This document shows, piece by piece, positions 10,998 to 23,014 of a stretch of DNA of 33,237 nucleotides (positions are counted from its first letter, which is position 1; each line of letters starts with the position of its first letter). The translations under genes were made by a program, and so were the position numbers. This DNA is from Octopus bimaculoides (Eukaryota), in NCBI RefSeq assembly GCF_001194135.2, contig NC_068989.1, positions 31,895,462 through 31,928,698 on the forward strand. Direction: 5' to 3'. Below the pieces are notes generated by a model. The model had not been told where the DNA came from. It made no database searches and was given only the letters and a program-made list of their open reading frames with translations.

Positions 10998-11324
10998 NNN
11001 NNNNNNNNNNNNNNNNNNNNNNNNNNNNNNNNNNNNNNNNNNNNNNNNNNNNNNNNNNNNNNNNNNNNNNNNNNNNNNNNNNNNNNNNNNNNNNNNGAAT
11101 TTTTTTATGAAACTTTGATTTCTAGTATAAAACAGCCTTAGAAACAAGCTGGAATGATAAAAATAACATTTTAAATTGAAATAAGCAAGATATTGGGTGA
11201 AAAATTAGCATATCAGAGAAATTTGAATATCAGAGAAATATACCTAGTAGATATAGCAAAAAGGTTAGATATGTGTAAATATTGACAGATAATTACGAAA
11301 TTTGTAATTTTTAAGTGATCTCAT

Positions 11325-12424
11325 ATGGGTTAAGAAAAACGAGCATTTTCGACACCTCCTTTTTGCTTTTAATCAAGGTTCTAAGGCCGCAAAAGCTGCT
11401 CACAACATTTGTGCTGTGTATGGAGAGGGTGCCATAGCTGAAAGAACCGCTCGTGATTGGTATGCCAAGTTCAAAAATGGAAATTTTGACCTCAAAGACG
11501 CATCTCGTTCTGGCCGTCAAGTTGAGTTCTATGATAAACGATTAAACCAACTTTTGCACAAAAATTCTCGTCAAACGACAAGAGAACTGGCAGAGAAAAT
11601 GGAATACTCCCACACTGCTATAGAGAAGCATCTTCACTCGATGGGAAAGGTTCAGAAGTATGGAGCATGGGTTCTGCATGCTTTCAGTGACAACAGCAAA
11701 AATCAACGAGCCACAATCTCCGCTGGTTTGCTTGCTCGTCACCGCTCAACTTATAGTCACAAGTAATGATTTCTTTACCAAATCGTTACTGGCAACGAAG
11801 AATGGTGCCTGTACATCAATATGAAGCAGCATAACGAATGGCTTAGCCCTGGTAAACAAGTGATACTACGTGTGAAACAAGAACTTCATCCGCGTAAAAT
11901 GATGTTGTGCGTATGGTGGGACTGGGAAGGGATTATCCATTACGAATTGCTTGAACGGAATCAAACGGTCAACGCAGAACTCTATGTTCAACAGACGGAA
12001 TGACACAACACGGCTGTTCAAGAGAAAAATCGGCAGCATGGAGTTCTGCTGCACGACAACGCCCACCCTCATATCGCCAATATGACCAAGGAAGCCATTC
12101 AAACACATGGCTGGGAGTGCTGCCACACCCGCCGAACTCTCTTGATTTGGCACCAACGGATTTCCACCTCTTTCGATCACTTTCAAATGCTATGCACGGA
12201 ATTTCGTTCAATGCTGATGCAGAATTGAGAGCTTGGTTGGATAAATTTTCAAGTCGAAATCGGGTGGTTACTACCAACGAGGTATTGAAAATCTTGTTGA
12301 ACATTGGGAAGAAGTTGTAAACAACAAGGGTGAATACATTATTGATTAATTAGTTGTCAGTTTTTATTAGAATTTTTTTTAATTTAAATTTTTTTAAATG
12401 GCGGGAACTTAGTTGCCACCCCAA
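11325..12424 (+). mobile_element. mariner (DD34D) transposon, pseudogenised, 5' TIR missing
   Basis: HTH region (ERTARDWYAKFKNGNFDL), WVLH (WVPHEL-like), IVTGNEEW, KMMLCVWWDWEGII, LHDNAHPH and LPHPPNSLDLAPTDFHLFRSL. Stops and frameshifts are present. The 3' TIR GGCGGGAACTTAGTTGCCACCCCAA is followed by TA. Confidence 0.95.
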
Positions 12425-12929
12425 TACATATATACATATACTTATTTATATACATATATACACATACATATATAAATACATATACATATATATACATAAT
12501 TACATACAAATATGTATATACATATATACATATAATAATATAAATAATATATATGCACATATATGTACATACATCTATACGTATATATATNNNNNNNNNN
12601 NNNNNNNNNNNNNNNNNNNNNNNNNNNNNNNNNNNNNNNNNNNNNNNNNNNNNNNNNNNNNNNNNNNNNNNNNNNNNNNNNNNNNNNNNNNNNNNNNNNN
12701 NNNNNNNNNNNNATATTTGTATATTTAGATCTCTATCAAATATTTGGTAAAAATATTGTACCTGTTATCAACGTAGCAAAATTCTCATATGAAAGATTGT
12801 TTATCATACAATTTTGTGTGCATATCAGTTTAAATAAGAGCTATAACGTGATCCATCGTAAAAACTTGTTTAATGACCTATGTACATTTCAATGCAATAT
12901 CCCGACTCACTCTTGTCTGTGATAAAAAA

Positions 12930-13498
12930 TGGGATCTTGCATCTCTTCAGGGTCTATACTCCTTCAAAGCCCCAAGATGAAAACTCTGATTGAAAAAAAC
13001 ACCTTACGGAATAGCAGACGCCAACCAAAAAACCTTAAAAAACACCTCAGAAGGGCAAAAGTCAGATCAGAGACTAAACCAGAATTCATAGTAAAAGAAT
13101 GCGGTGATAGGAGATGTGGAACGTGTAACAATACCAACAACTACAAATACATAGAAAGTGGTTCCCACATAAAGTTCAAGAACGGATCTAATTTTAAAAT
13201 AAATGCAGATATGAACTCCAAAACACAAAATCTCATATACTGCATCACCTGTCCAAACTGTAAAGAAAATTACATTGGCGAAACGAATAACTCACTCTGC
13301 CAACGTGCAAGAATTCACAGGCAACATATCCGACAAGAAGAACTAAGAATGATTCCATTGAGTAAACATCTGGAAGTATGCGGAAACGGAAAGTTCAAAA
13401 TACTTCACTTTTATAAATGTACACGTTACGATCCACAATACCGAAAGGCAATGGAACTACACTTCATCAAAAAATTTTCCCCGAAGTTAAATGTTTGA
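12930..13498 (+). mobile_element. Neptune-type PLE 3' fragment: Cys linker plus GIY-YIG endonuclease, open reading frame
   Basis: RRQPKNLKKHL..KECGDRRCGTC..NLIYCITCPNCKENYIGET..RARIHRQHI..LSKH..MELHFIKKFSPKLNV*. Confidence 0.88.
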
Positions 13499-14287
13499 AA
13501 GAGAAAAACGAAAAGCAAGGAATATGTTTTGTATATGTATATATGTGTGGGTATGATATGATATATATAGTTATTTTTACTAATTGCTTTTTCAAATTTA
13601 CAAATATTATACTAATATATTCTCATACAGAACTACACCTTACCATAAATAAATAAATGAACGTATGACAGAAATATATTCTAAATACGACTCAAAGAAT
13701 ATAAAAAGAAAGAACTGAAAAACAAAGAAAAAACAGGAAGACATTTTTTGTTTTATTTATATTTTCTATTCATTATTCTCTATTTTTTTCTTCTCTCTTT
13801 TTCTTTTCTTCCTTCTCTTACCATCCCTAGAAACCCTCTCAAAACAATGGAGTAAGTAGAAAACAACTTTTTACCCTTATTTATTTATTTATTTGACATT
13901 CCTTAAAAAGACCATTTCAATAGAATGGCCCTTCTCTCTCTCTTTTACCACATCCATTTCTCTATCTGTCTGACTATCTATCTATCTATCTATCTATGTG
14001 TTTGTTTATCTATCTGCTTATACATCTTCCATTGTCTCCAAAACCTCACCCCCGCCCCCTCCAAATATTCTGCTATAAACAAAACCCCAAAAAACACCTG
14101 TTTCATATAAATAAGCAAGATCTCTGTATTTTCACAGAATTATATTTGAAAAGTTCGAAAGACGAACGATAGCGCTAATATATGTATAAAATAAATGAAA
14201 GAAGTTATTTCAAAATTCTGACGACGTTTTTTTTCAATATTTAATTCTGTACACCACACCTAATACTCTACACATATGTATATATAC

Positions 14288-14669
14288 TGGCACTCCGTCG
14301 GTTGCGACGACGAGTGTTCCACTTGATCCGATCAACGGAACAGCCTGCTCGTGAAATTAACGTGCAAGTGGTTGAGCACTCCATAGACACGTGTACCCTT
14401 AACGTAGTTCTCGGAGAAGATTCAGCGTGATACAGAGTGTGACAAGGCTGGCCCTTTGAAATACAAGTACAACAGAAACAGGAAGACAGAGTAAGAGAAA
14501 GTTGTGGCGAAAGAGTACAGCAGGGTTCACCACCACCCCGTGTCGGAGCCTCGTTGAGCTTTAGGTGTTTTCGCTCAATAAACACTCACAACGCCCGGTC
14601 TGGGAATCGAAACCGCGATCCTACGACCGCGAGTCCGCTGCCCTAACCACTGGGCCATTGCGCCTCCAC
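14288..14669 (-). mobile_element. tRNA-derived SINE (family D), copy 1
   Basis: Minus-strand head GTGGAGGCGCAATGGCCCAGTGGTTAGGGCAGCG...GGTTTCGATTCCCAG. Colinear and highly similar over its whole length to 18706-19088. Confidence 0.88.
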
Positions 14670-14676
14670 TATGTGT

Positions 14677-14719
<43 letters not shown>

Positions 14720-14722
<3 letters not shown>

Positions 14723-15975
14723 GGGTTGGACAAAATAATGGAAACACCTAGTATCATAACATCATAATTTTGAAATATCTATAAAGCCGTCAAAAGCTTG
14801 TTTATTTTTGTGCTTTTTTGATTTATTATTAGTGTTGCTTAATATGTTTTGCTAAAATTGCTATTTCTTTTCAGATATCATCAGAAGAAGGTAATTAAAA
14901 TTCATTAAAATGACAGATCTATCAGACTTTCAAAGAGGTCAAATTGTTGGTGCTCTTATTGTAGGCACTAGCGTAATAAAAACAGCCGAAATGTTTGGTG
15001 TGTCAAGAAACACTATCTTGAAAGTAATGACAGCCTTTGAGAAAGAGGGAAAAACCTCCTCATGGCAACAAAACTCCGGAAGAAAACCAAAACTTTCAGA
15101 TAGGGACCGTCAGACTCTTACGCGAATTGTTAGAAAGGATCACAAAATTACTGCAGAGCTTAATGAACACCTCGAGAACCCAGTTTCCACAAAAACTGTT
15201 CGCCGGGAGCTGGACAAAGCCAGATTTCACGGGAGGGCTGCGATCAGAAAACCACTGCTTTCAAAAACAAACGTTGCAAAGCGTTTAGAGTGGTGTAAAA
15301 ACCTACAGAATTGGTCCCTAGAGCAGTGGGATAATGTTATTTTCTCGGATGAATAAACCTTTACCTTATTTCCGACCACTGGCCGAGTATACTTGTGGAG
15401 ACAGCCAAAAGAAGCATTTGACCCAGACTGCCTTCTTCCAACTGTTAAACATGGAGGGGGATCTGTTATGACCTGGCGGGGCTATATCTTGAAAATCCAC
15501 CGGCTCAATGTTTTCCCTTCATGGCAGAATTAACAGTCAAGACTAAGCATTTTATCCGATCAAAGTCATCCTATGGTTGCGGAACTGTTTCCTGGGGGAA
15601 ACGCAATCTTTCAGGATGCTAATGCACCAATTCACACAGCTAAAGTTGTTACTGAATGGCACGAGGAACATTCTAGTGAAGTTGAACATCTTATCTGGCC
15701 AGCACAGTCCCCAGATCTCAAACTTATTGAACATTTAATGGTGCATTGTAGAAAAACAAGTAAGGAGTCGATATCCTCCACCATCATCACTATAAGAACT
15801 GGAGACTGTTTTAGCTGAAGAATGGACAAAAATTCCTTTGGAAACAATTCAAACTTTGTACGAGTCCATACCTCATAGAATTCAAGCTGTAATTACTGCC
15901 AAAGCGGTCCTACCCCATATTAAAATATATTTGTTCGAAATTTTAAGGTGTTTCCATTATTTTGTCCAACCCCTG
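14720..15975 (+). mobile_element. Full-length Tc1-like (DD34E) transposon, pseudogenised
   Basis: About 30-bp TIRs: CAAGGGTTGGACAAAATAATGGAAACACCT and AGGTGTTTCCATTATTTTGTCCAACCCCTG followed by TA. The transposase starts at 14910 (GRKPKL, RKPLLS, VIFSDE, KHGGGSVM, FQDANAPIH, WPAQSPDLKLIEHL) and has a stop at 15354-15356 plus frameshifts. Confidence 0.95.
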
Positions 15976-16523
15976 TATATGTTTATATATGTGTATGTGT
16001 GTGTATGTATGTCTGTGTATGTATATTAATGTGTGTGTGTGTGTATTGTACCATGCAATCAAACGGAAGAAATTATTGATTTTAGTCATTATTCATTTTG
16101 CCCCATTTAAGGCATTATTTTCTTTTTTTGAAAATTATCAAATTAGACTGTGTGGAAAAAAATTGACATGGAATTCCACAGAGAAAAGAATATTGGTTGT
16201 TAACCACCAAAAATTATCCAATTATTTTATTAGCAACCTCAATTAGAATCGAATTAAAATTGAAGAAATATTTCCTGAAAAAATGTACGTGTCACTCGAC
16301 TAGGTTTCAAACACTCAACTTCAACAACGACTACGCTGACCACTTTCTACTTCAAAAGATGATGCAACAGTAAAAAAAGATGATGCAATATTTGCAATGC
16401 CATGGTTTCTAACAGATTGGGACAGAAAAAAACGAGAAATGCGAAGTTACTCATTTTGCTCCAGTTAGTAATTTTGCACAGCTCTCTCTTACATATATGT
16501 GTGTGTATGTATTTATGTGTGTG

Positions 16524-16525
<2 letters not shown>

Positions 16526-16612
<87 letters not shown>
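16526..16612. repeat. (CA)n(TA)n microsatellite
   Basis: Seen directly in the sequence. Confidence 0.95.
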
Positions 16613-16614
<2 letters not shown>

Positions 16615-17735
16615 TATTTTGTTTAAAAGAGTTCCAACACTGTCTGTTTTTTATGTTTTATTTATATTCCTGCAAAACCAATGTGGGATATAGAATATGG
16701 AATATACAATATATAATATAAAATAAAAATGGATGGTACAATGAAATAAAGTATTGAATGTCTTATTGAATATATGGAATATGTCTTATTGAATAGATGA
16801 AATATTGAGTGTTCAATATAAAGCATTAAATATATAAAGGCGAATACGTATTTTCTATACCTTGTGGTATTTCANNNNNNNNNNNNNNNNNNNNNNNNNN
16901 NNNNNNNNNNNNNNNNNNNNNNNNNNNNNNNNNNNNNNNNNNNNNNNNNNNNNNNNNNNNNNNNNNNNNNNNNNNNNNNNNNNNNNNNNNNNNNNNNNNN
17001 NNNNNNNNNNNNNNNNNNNNNNNNNNNNNNNNNNNNNNNNNNNNNNNNNNNNNNNNNNNNNNNNNNNNNNNNNNNNNNNNNNNNNNNNNNNNNNNNNNNN
17101 NNNNNNNNNNNNNNNNNNNNNNNNNNNNNNNNNNNNNNNNNNNNNNNNNNNNNNNNNNNNNNNNNNNNNNNNNNNNNNNNNNNNNNNNNNNNNNNNNNNN
17201 NNNNNNNNNNNNNNNNNNNNNNNNNNNNNNNNNNNNNNNNNNNNNNNNNNNNNNNNNNNNNNNNNNNNNNNNNNNNNNNNNNNNNNNNNNNNNNNNNNNN
17301 NNNNNNNNNNNNNNNNNNNNNNNNNNNNNNNNNNNNNNNNNNNNNNNNNNNNNNNNNNNNNNNNNNNNNNNNNNNNNNNNNNNNNNNNNNNNNNNNNNNN
17401 NNNNNNNNNNNNNNNNNNNNNNNNNNNNNNNNNNNNNNNNNNNNNNNNNNNNNNNNNNNNNNNNNNNNNNNNNNNNNNNNNNNNNNNNNNNNNNNNNNNN
17501 NNNNNNNNNNNNNNNNNNNNNNNNNNNNNNNNNNNNNNNNNNNNNNNNNNNNNNNNNNNNNNNNNNNNNNNNNNNNNNNNNNNNNNNNNNNNNNNNNNNN
17601 NNNNNNNNNNNNNNNNNNNNNNNNNNNNNNNNNNNNNNNNNNNNNNNNNNNNNNNNNNNNNNNNNNNNNNNNNNNNNNNNNNNNNNNNNNNNNNNNNNNN
17701 NNNNNNNNNNNNNNNNNNNNNNNNNNNNNNATATA

Positions 17736-17885
17736 TGCTGGTGTGTTTACGTCCCCGTAACCTAGCGGTTCGGCAATAGAGACCTATAGAATAAGTACTA
17801 GGCTTACAAAGAATAGGTCCTGGGGTCGATTTGCTCGACTAAAGGCGGTGCTCCAGCATGGCCGCAGTCAAATGACTTAAATAAA
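17736..17885 (+). mobile_element. SINE family A, 3' half (head presumably in the gap)
   Basis: Reverse-complement match to 1700-1865. Confidence 0.85.
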
Positions 17886-17993
17886 TAAAATTAAAATTTT
17901 TTTTAAATACGTATGTGTACGCATACATACGTATGGACTGAGAGAGAGAGAGAGGGATGGAGAGAGAGAGGGGAGAGAGAGAGAGAGACAGAC

Positions 17994-18028
<35 letters not shown>

Positions 18029-18444
18029 TGGAATGAGGAAAATTTATTTAGAAAATCCAAAGAGGAGTATAACACGAGTTAAGCATGTAAACTATCTGCA
18101 TCTATATATAACTCCAACTCGTATGTAGATAGATAACTCGTACCGCGAGTCAACGAACAAGAAACTAACCGTCAGCCATAATTTACAGTACCAATCAGCA
18201 CCAAGTTTTACAATTTAACACAGTTGTTCTTAGTTTTGTACAGGTTCCTTAAAAGTCAATGATGAAATACTTTACTAGTACATACCCTTTACACGCCTAC
18301 AGATCTAAGTCCAGCCCACTTTCATTGGGTTGATAGTCAAAAGTCTCTTTCGTTGTATTGTCCCCCCGCCTATCTCACATTGCTTGCCACCCCACTTTTG
18401 CTATCCTGTTTCTATTGTAGAAGATCTGAAACGTAAACACTATT

Positions 18445-18595
18445 ATCATCAGCACGCCAGATAAAATGCTTGATGGCAGTTCTGGCTTTACGTTCTAGAG
18501 TTCACATTCCGGCGCGGTCGACTTTTCCCGTCATTTCGGATTCGATAAAATGAGTATCAGTTGAACACTGGAGTCGATGTAATCAACTTACTCTG
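18445..18595 (+). mobile_element. Diverged SINE family E fragment
   Basis: AGCACGCCAG..AAATGCTT..TTACGTTCTAGAGTTCACATTCC..GGTCGACTT..TCGATAAAATGAGTATCAG..CACTGGAGTCGATGTAATC aligns with 26887-27101. Confidence 0.7.
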
Positions 18596-18705
18596 TACCC
18601 TCATTATTGATTTTGCCTTCCAATCCACTGCATCCATCAAAATAGAAATATTCTGTAAGCTAATTACTATACCCGTCCACAAAATGTATAGTTTTTAGCC
18701 ACTGT

Positions 18706-19088
18706 TGTTGGCACTCCGTCGCTTACGACGTCGAGGGTCCCAGTTGAACCGATCAACGGAACAGCCTGCTCGTGAAATTAACGTACAAGTGGCTGAGCAC
18801 TCCACAGACACGTGTACCCTTAACGTAGTTCTCTGAGATATTCAGCGTGACACAGTGTGACTAGGCTGACCCGTTGAATTACAGGCACAACAGAAACAGG
18901 AAGTAAGAGTGAGAGAAAGTTGTGGTGGAAGAGTACAGCAGGGTTCGCCACCATCCCCTGCCGGAGCCTCGTGGAGCTTTAGGTGTTTTCGCTCAATAAA
19001 CACTCACAACGCCCGGTCTGGGAAACGAAACCGCGATCCTATGACCGCGAGTCCGCTGCCCTAACCACTGGGCCATTGCGCCTCCACG
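18706..19088 (-). mobile_element. SINE family D, copy 2, with an 11-bp target-site duplication
   Basis: Matches 14288-14669. TTAGCCACTGT lies at 18695-18705 and 19089-19099, with a short (CAA)n tail. Confidence 0.92.
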
Positions 19089-19430
19089 TTAGCCACTGTA
19101 ATGAATCCTTATTACTAATTGGAATAATAACATCATTACTATATTGATGTTAGTATAGTATCATCGTTATAAACTGGATCGTATCACATTTCTAGTAATA
19201 AACATTGATTTCTTGTATTCCTTCACAGAACACAGTGAGATTTCGAATTAGAGAAGTGTCAGCTATCTTAACTGTCCACTAATACGATCTCATAACAAAG
19301 GAAATGTCTCCATATAACACAAATTAAAAAAAAAAACAATAATAAAGCACCTTTTCTAAAAGTCTAATAATATTCCTTCCCTCGGCCCACCCTAACCCCT
19401 TATTTTTACAGGTTCTGAACAGACACTCAC

Positions 19431-19703
19431 TCTTCCAGTTTTAATGATTCTCTTTGTCTATACACTCTCTTTGTAACCGAAGTCTTTCGAATGAAATAAA
19501 ATGACTTGGTTCCCGGATTTCATTTCTGTTCGCTGCTATAGGGGTAGAGATGTCTCTCCGCAAATGCGAGCCCTGTGAATCGGAATGGCTGTTTCAGAGT
19601 GTCTCCTTCATCATCCTCCGGAGCAACGCCTTTTCCATTTTGTCCGTCGGGACCATGAGGCAGACTGATATGACAAGTCTCTTTAGAGATAGCTGTTGTA
19701 TCT
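19431..19703 (-). other. Candidate exon of an unidentified transcript
   Basis: Non-repetitive and GC/CpG-richer than the flanks. A pyrimidine tract plus AAG or AGAG acceptor lies at about 19704, and a GA|GTGAGT donor at 19431. No protein was recognised. Confidence 0.3.
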
Positions 19704-19798
19704 CTTCCAAGAAATAAGAGGAAGTTCAAGAAATAGTACTTTTAGTAATAATAATGCTGATTAACGTGCAGAACAATAACAGATATAATTAATGATAC

Positions 19799-20017
19799 CT
19801 AAAAATCAGTTTGGGACTTCGTCTCTGAATATTACTGATATTTCACTGCAAAGCATTTTATCTGGCATGCTACCGTATGCGTATTCATAAATAAAGCTGA
19901 ACTCTGGTTCACCTGCGAGGATCTTGAGGAGAAAAGTTTCTGACTCTTCAGCATGAAGCTGAAATAACGTCTGGATTATCTTCCTGGTGACAGTAACCAA
20001 ACATGCGAAAGATGATG
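19799..20017 (-). other. Candidate exon of an unidentified transcript
   Basis: TTTACAG| acceptor (AG at 20019-20018) and TAG|GTATC donor (GT at 19798-19797), with an alternative CAG|GTGAAC donor at 19913. One frame is open for about 70 codons. No protein was recognised. Confidence 0.35.
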
Positions 20018-20045
20018 CTGTAAATATAATCCTTAATAAACTTAA

Positions 20046-20647
20046 CCACTTCGGTTAATGTTAATGTTTACAACTTGACTCGGAAACGAAAATCAGAAAA
20101 ACATAGTGCAATGGGTGTAAGAAAAAAACGTGTAGGAAACGAATATGAAACAAAAAAATGCGCGCAAAGCAACAGGAGGGTATGGAGAGGACCTCAGAAA
20201 ATTCACAAGATCCGAGTTTTTCCCTCATAACTTTTAGGAAAATGGGGGTTTTTTTTTAATGAAATTTTATAGAAATACCTTTCAAACGGCATACAATACA
20301 ATTATAAAGAAATTTGTGGGGAAAATCTTTTCCAAGAAGGTGGGGAGAGGATTTCGGAAAATTCACAAGATCCGAGAATCCCTCATAACTTTTAGGAAAA
20401 TGGGGTTTTTTTCAATGAAATTGTATATAAATACCTTTCAAAAGGCATACATTACGATTATAAAGAAATTTATGAGTAAAATCTTTTCCAAGGGGTGGGG
20501 AGAGGACTTCGGAAAATTCACAACTAGATATATATGTATGTGTGCGTGTGTGTATATGTGTATATATGTATGTATGTGTATATATGTGCGTATATATATG
20601 TGTGTATATATGTGTATATATATATATATGTGTGTATATATGTGTAT

Positions 20648-20688
<41 letters not shown>

Positions 20689-20742
20689 TGTGTGTGTGTG
20701 TATATATATATATGTATATATATATGTATGTATATATATATG

Positions 20743-20775
<33 letters not shown>

Positions 20776-21520
20776 GTATATATATATATGTATATATATA
20801 TATGTATATATATATATNNNNNNNNNNNNNNNNNNNNNNNNNNNNNNNNNNNNNNNNNNNNNNNNNNNNNNNNNNNNNNNNNNNNNNNNNNNNNNNNNNN
20901 NNNNNNNNNNNNNNNNNNNNNNNNNNNNNNNNNNNNNNNNNNNNNNNNNNNNNNNNNNNNNNNNNNNNNNNNNNNNNNNNNNNNNNNNNNNNNNNNNNNN
21001 NNNNNNNNNNNNNNNNNNNNNNNNNNNNNNNNNNNNNNNNNNNNNNNNNNNNNNNNNNNNNNNNNNNNNNNNNNNNNNNNNNNNNNNNNNNNNNNNNNNN
21101 NNNNNNNNNNNNNNNNNNNNNNNNNNNNNNNNNNNNNNNNNNNNNNNNNNNNNNNNNNNNNNNNNNNNNNNNNNNNNNNNNNNNNNNNNNNNNNNNNNNN
21201 NNNNNNNNNNNNNNNNNNNNNNNNNNNNNNNNNNNNNNNNNNNNNNNNNNNNNNNNNNNNNNNNNNNNNNNNNNNNNNNNNNNNNNNNNNNNNNNNNNNN
21301 NNNNNNNNNNNNNNNNNNNNNNNNNNNNNNNNNNNNNNNNNNNNNNNNNNNNNNNNNNNNNNNNNNNNNNNNNNNNNNNNNNNNNNNNNNNNNNNNNNNN
21401 NNNNNNNNNNNNNNNNNNNNNNNNNNNNNNNNNNNNNNNNNNTATATATGTATATATATATGTATATATATATGTATATATGTATATATATATGTATATA
21501 TATGTATATATATATGTATG

Positions 21521-21567
<47 letters not shown>

Positions 21568-22115
21568 ATATATGCATATATGTAGCTATCTCTCTATATA
21601 TAGATAGCTAGAGAGAGAGAGAGAGAAAGTAATAACGAGTGAATTGAGAATAACGACGAAAGGGTTAAAAGAGCGTCAAAATAATTGAAGATAAAATGAA
21701 ACAAAATTAAAGCGAAAACACTAAAAAATTATTGAAAGTGGGTAGAAATAAACACTACGTAGTGTAGTAGTAGTAGTAGTAGTAGTACACTACGTAGTGT
21801 AGTAGTAGTACTACGCTAGGGTATCTGTAGAAAGTTGAATGTGATTTCGGAATATAACGAGGAAAATTCGGATCTTGGGAATTTTCCCAAAGTCCTGTCC
21901 CCACCTCAAGATTTTCCCCACAAATTATTTTATAATCGTAATGTATGCCGTTTGAAAGGTATATGTGAATTTTTCGAGGTTCTCTCCCCCACCCTCCCGT
22001 TGCTTTGCGCGCATTTTTTTCCTTCCTACACATTTTTTTTTTTTTTTTACACTTGTTGCATTATTTTTTTCTGATTTTCGTTTCCGGGTCAAGTTGTAAA
22101 CATTAACCTAAACGG
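20046..22115. mobile_element. Non-autonomous foldback element with TTAA flanks (piggyBac-like) and about 155-160-bp subterminal tandem repeats
   Basis: TTAA at 20042-20045 and 22116-22119 with CC.../...GG termini. 20046-20370 is the inverted complement of about 21860-22115 (GTTTACAACTTGAC.CGGAAACGAAAATCAGAAAA...TGCGCGCAAAGCAAC..). Repeat units start at 20184, 20344 and 20499. Confidence 0.78.
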
Positions 22116-23014
22116 TTAACTTCGGACAATTGATATTTATTCTTTGCTGGAAAAAATCTCAAAATTATATCCAAATGATAATAAAAAGGAAAATTGCTGG
22201 AGTCGAAATTTTACTTGCAGCTGGTAGATTTAATTTCTTAGAAATATTAACAAATGGGTTTGCGAATTAAGAAAGATAAAGACAAGATTATGCGACAACA
22301 TTTCGTTTCCCATTCATGAAGTATATGATGCGTGCAATAAAACAAAAGATAAGCTTCTCGCTCGGTAGACCCAACTCATCGATTTGGTTTCAGTTCCCAG
22401 TCTATTTCTCTTACACTATTGAAACTACGAAAGGATGTTTCACAATCTTATTTTTCTTCACTCGAACAAAAAAAACAAAAAACAAATCCAAATGAAGCAT
22501 GCAGTACATTTACAAAATCTGCGCGCGCGTGTGTTAAGAGTGTATTTAAACAAAGTAATATGATGCAAAACATACATACCTGCTTTCGAATCTGTAATTT
22601 AACATCAGAGAAAGGACGAGAGCGAGAAAGAAAGGTATAGTATGTGAATAAATTATATGTGTGTGTTTGTGTGATGAATTGTTTAAGTGCATACGTTCAG
22701 AGTGCGTTTTTGTATATGATTAGGCGAGAGTGAACTTGTTTCTGTGAATATTTTTGTAACTATGTACAGAATCAAAACATTTTAGAAAAAAATGGTGATT
22801 AACAGCGCAGAGAGAATATAATGTATATCACTGAATATGAGGAATTTAGATAAAGAATACAAGTGATGGTTATAAATGAAGAGAGAAATAAAGAGAGACG
22901 GTGAATTAAAGTGACGGATCGACGAGGACTCGGAAATCTGAAATATCATATTAACACACATATTGTGTGCTTGCAAAGAGAGAAAGATAAATTCAAGCGT
23001 ACATTGAAACCCGT

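Noticed and set aside
14860-14890. Minus-strand CTGATGA..GAAA resembling a hammerhead ribozyme core, which PLEs often carry
   Set aside because: There is no stem II or flanking stems and it lies inside the Tc1 leader. By eye I found no convincing hammerhead near any PLE; an Infernal or RNAMotif scan would be decisive.
16360-16389. Two TGATGCAA(C/T) motifs matching the C/EBP-ATF (CARE/AARE) consensus
   Set aside because: These are short motifs in AT-rich DNA with no linked promoter or conservation evidence, so chance cannot be excluded.
20184-20520. Direct repeats of about 160 bp as a CRISPR-like or satellite array
   Set aside because: There are no unique spacers, the context is eukaryotic, and they are subterminal repeats of the foldback element.
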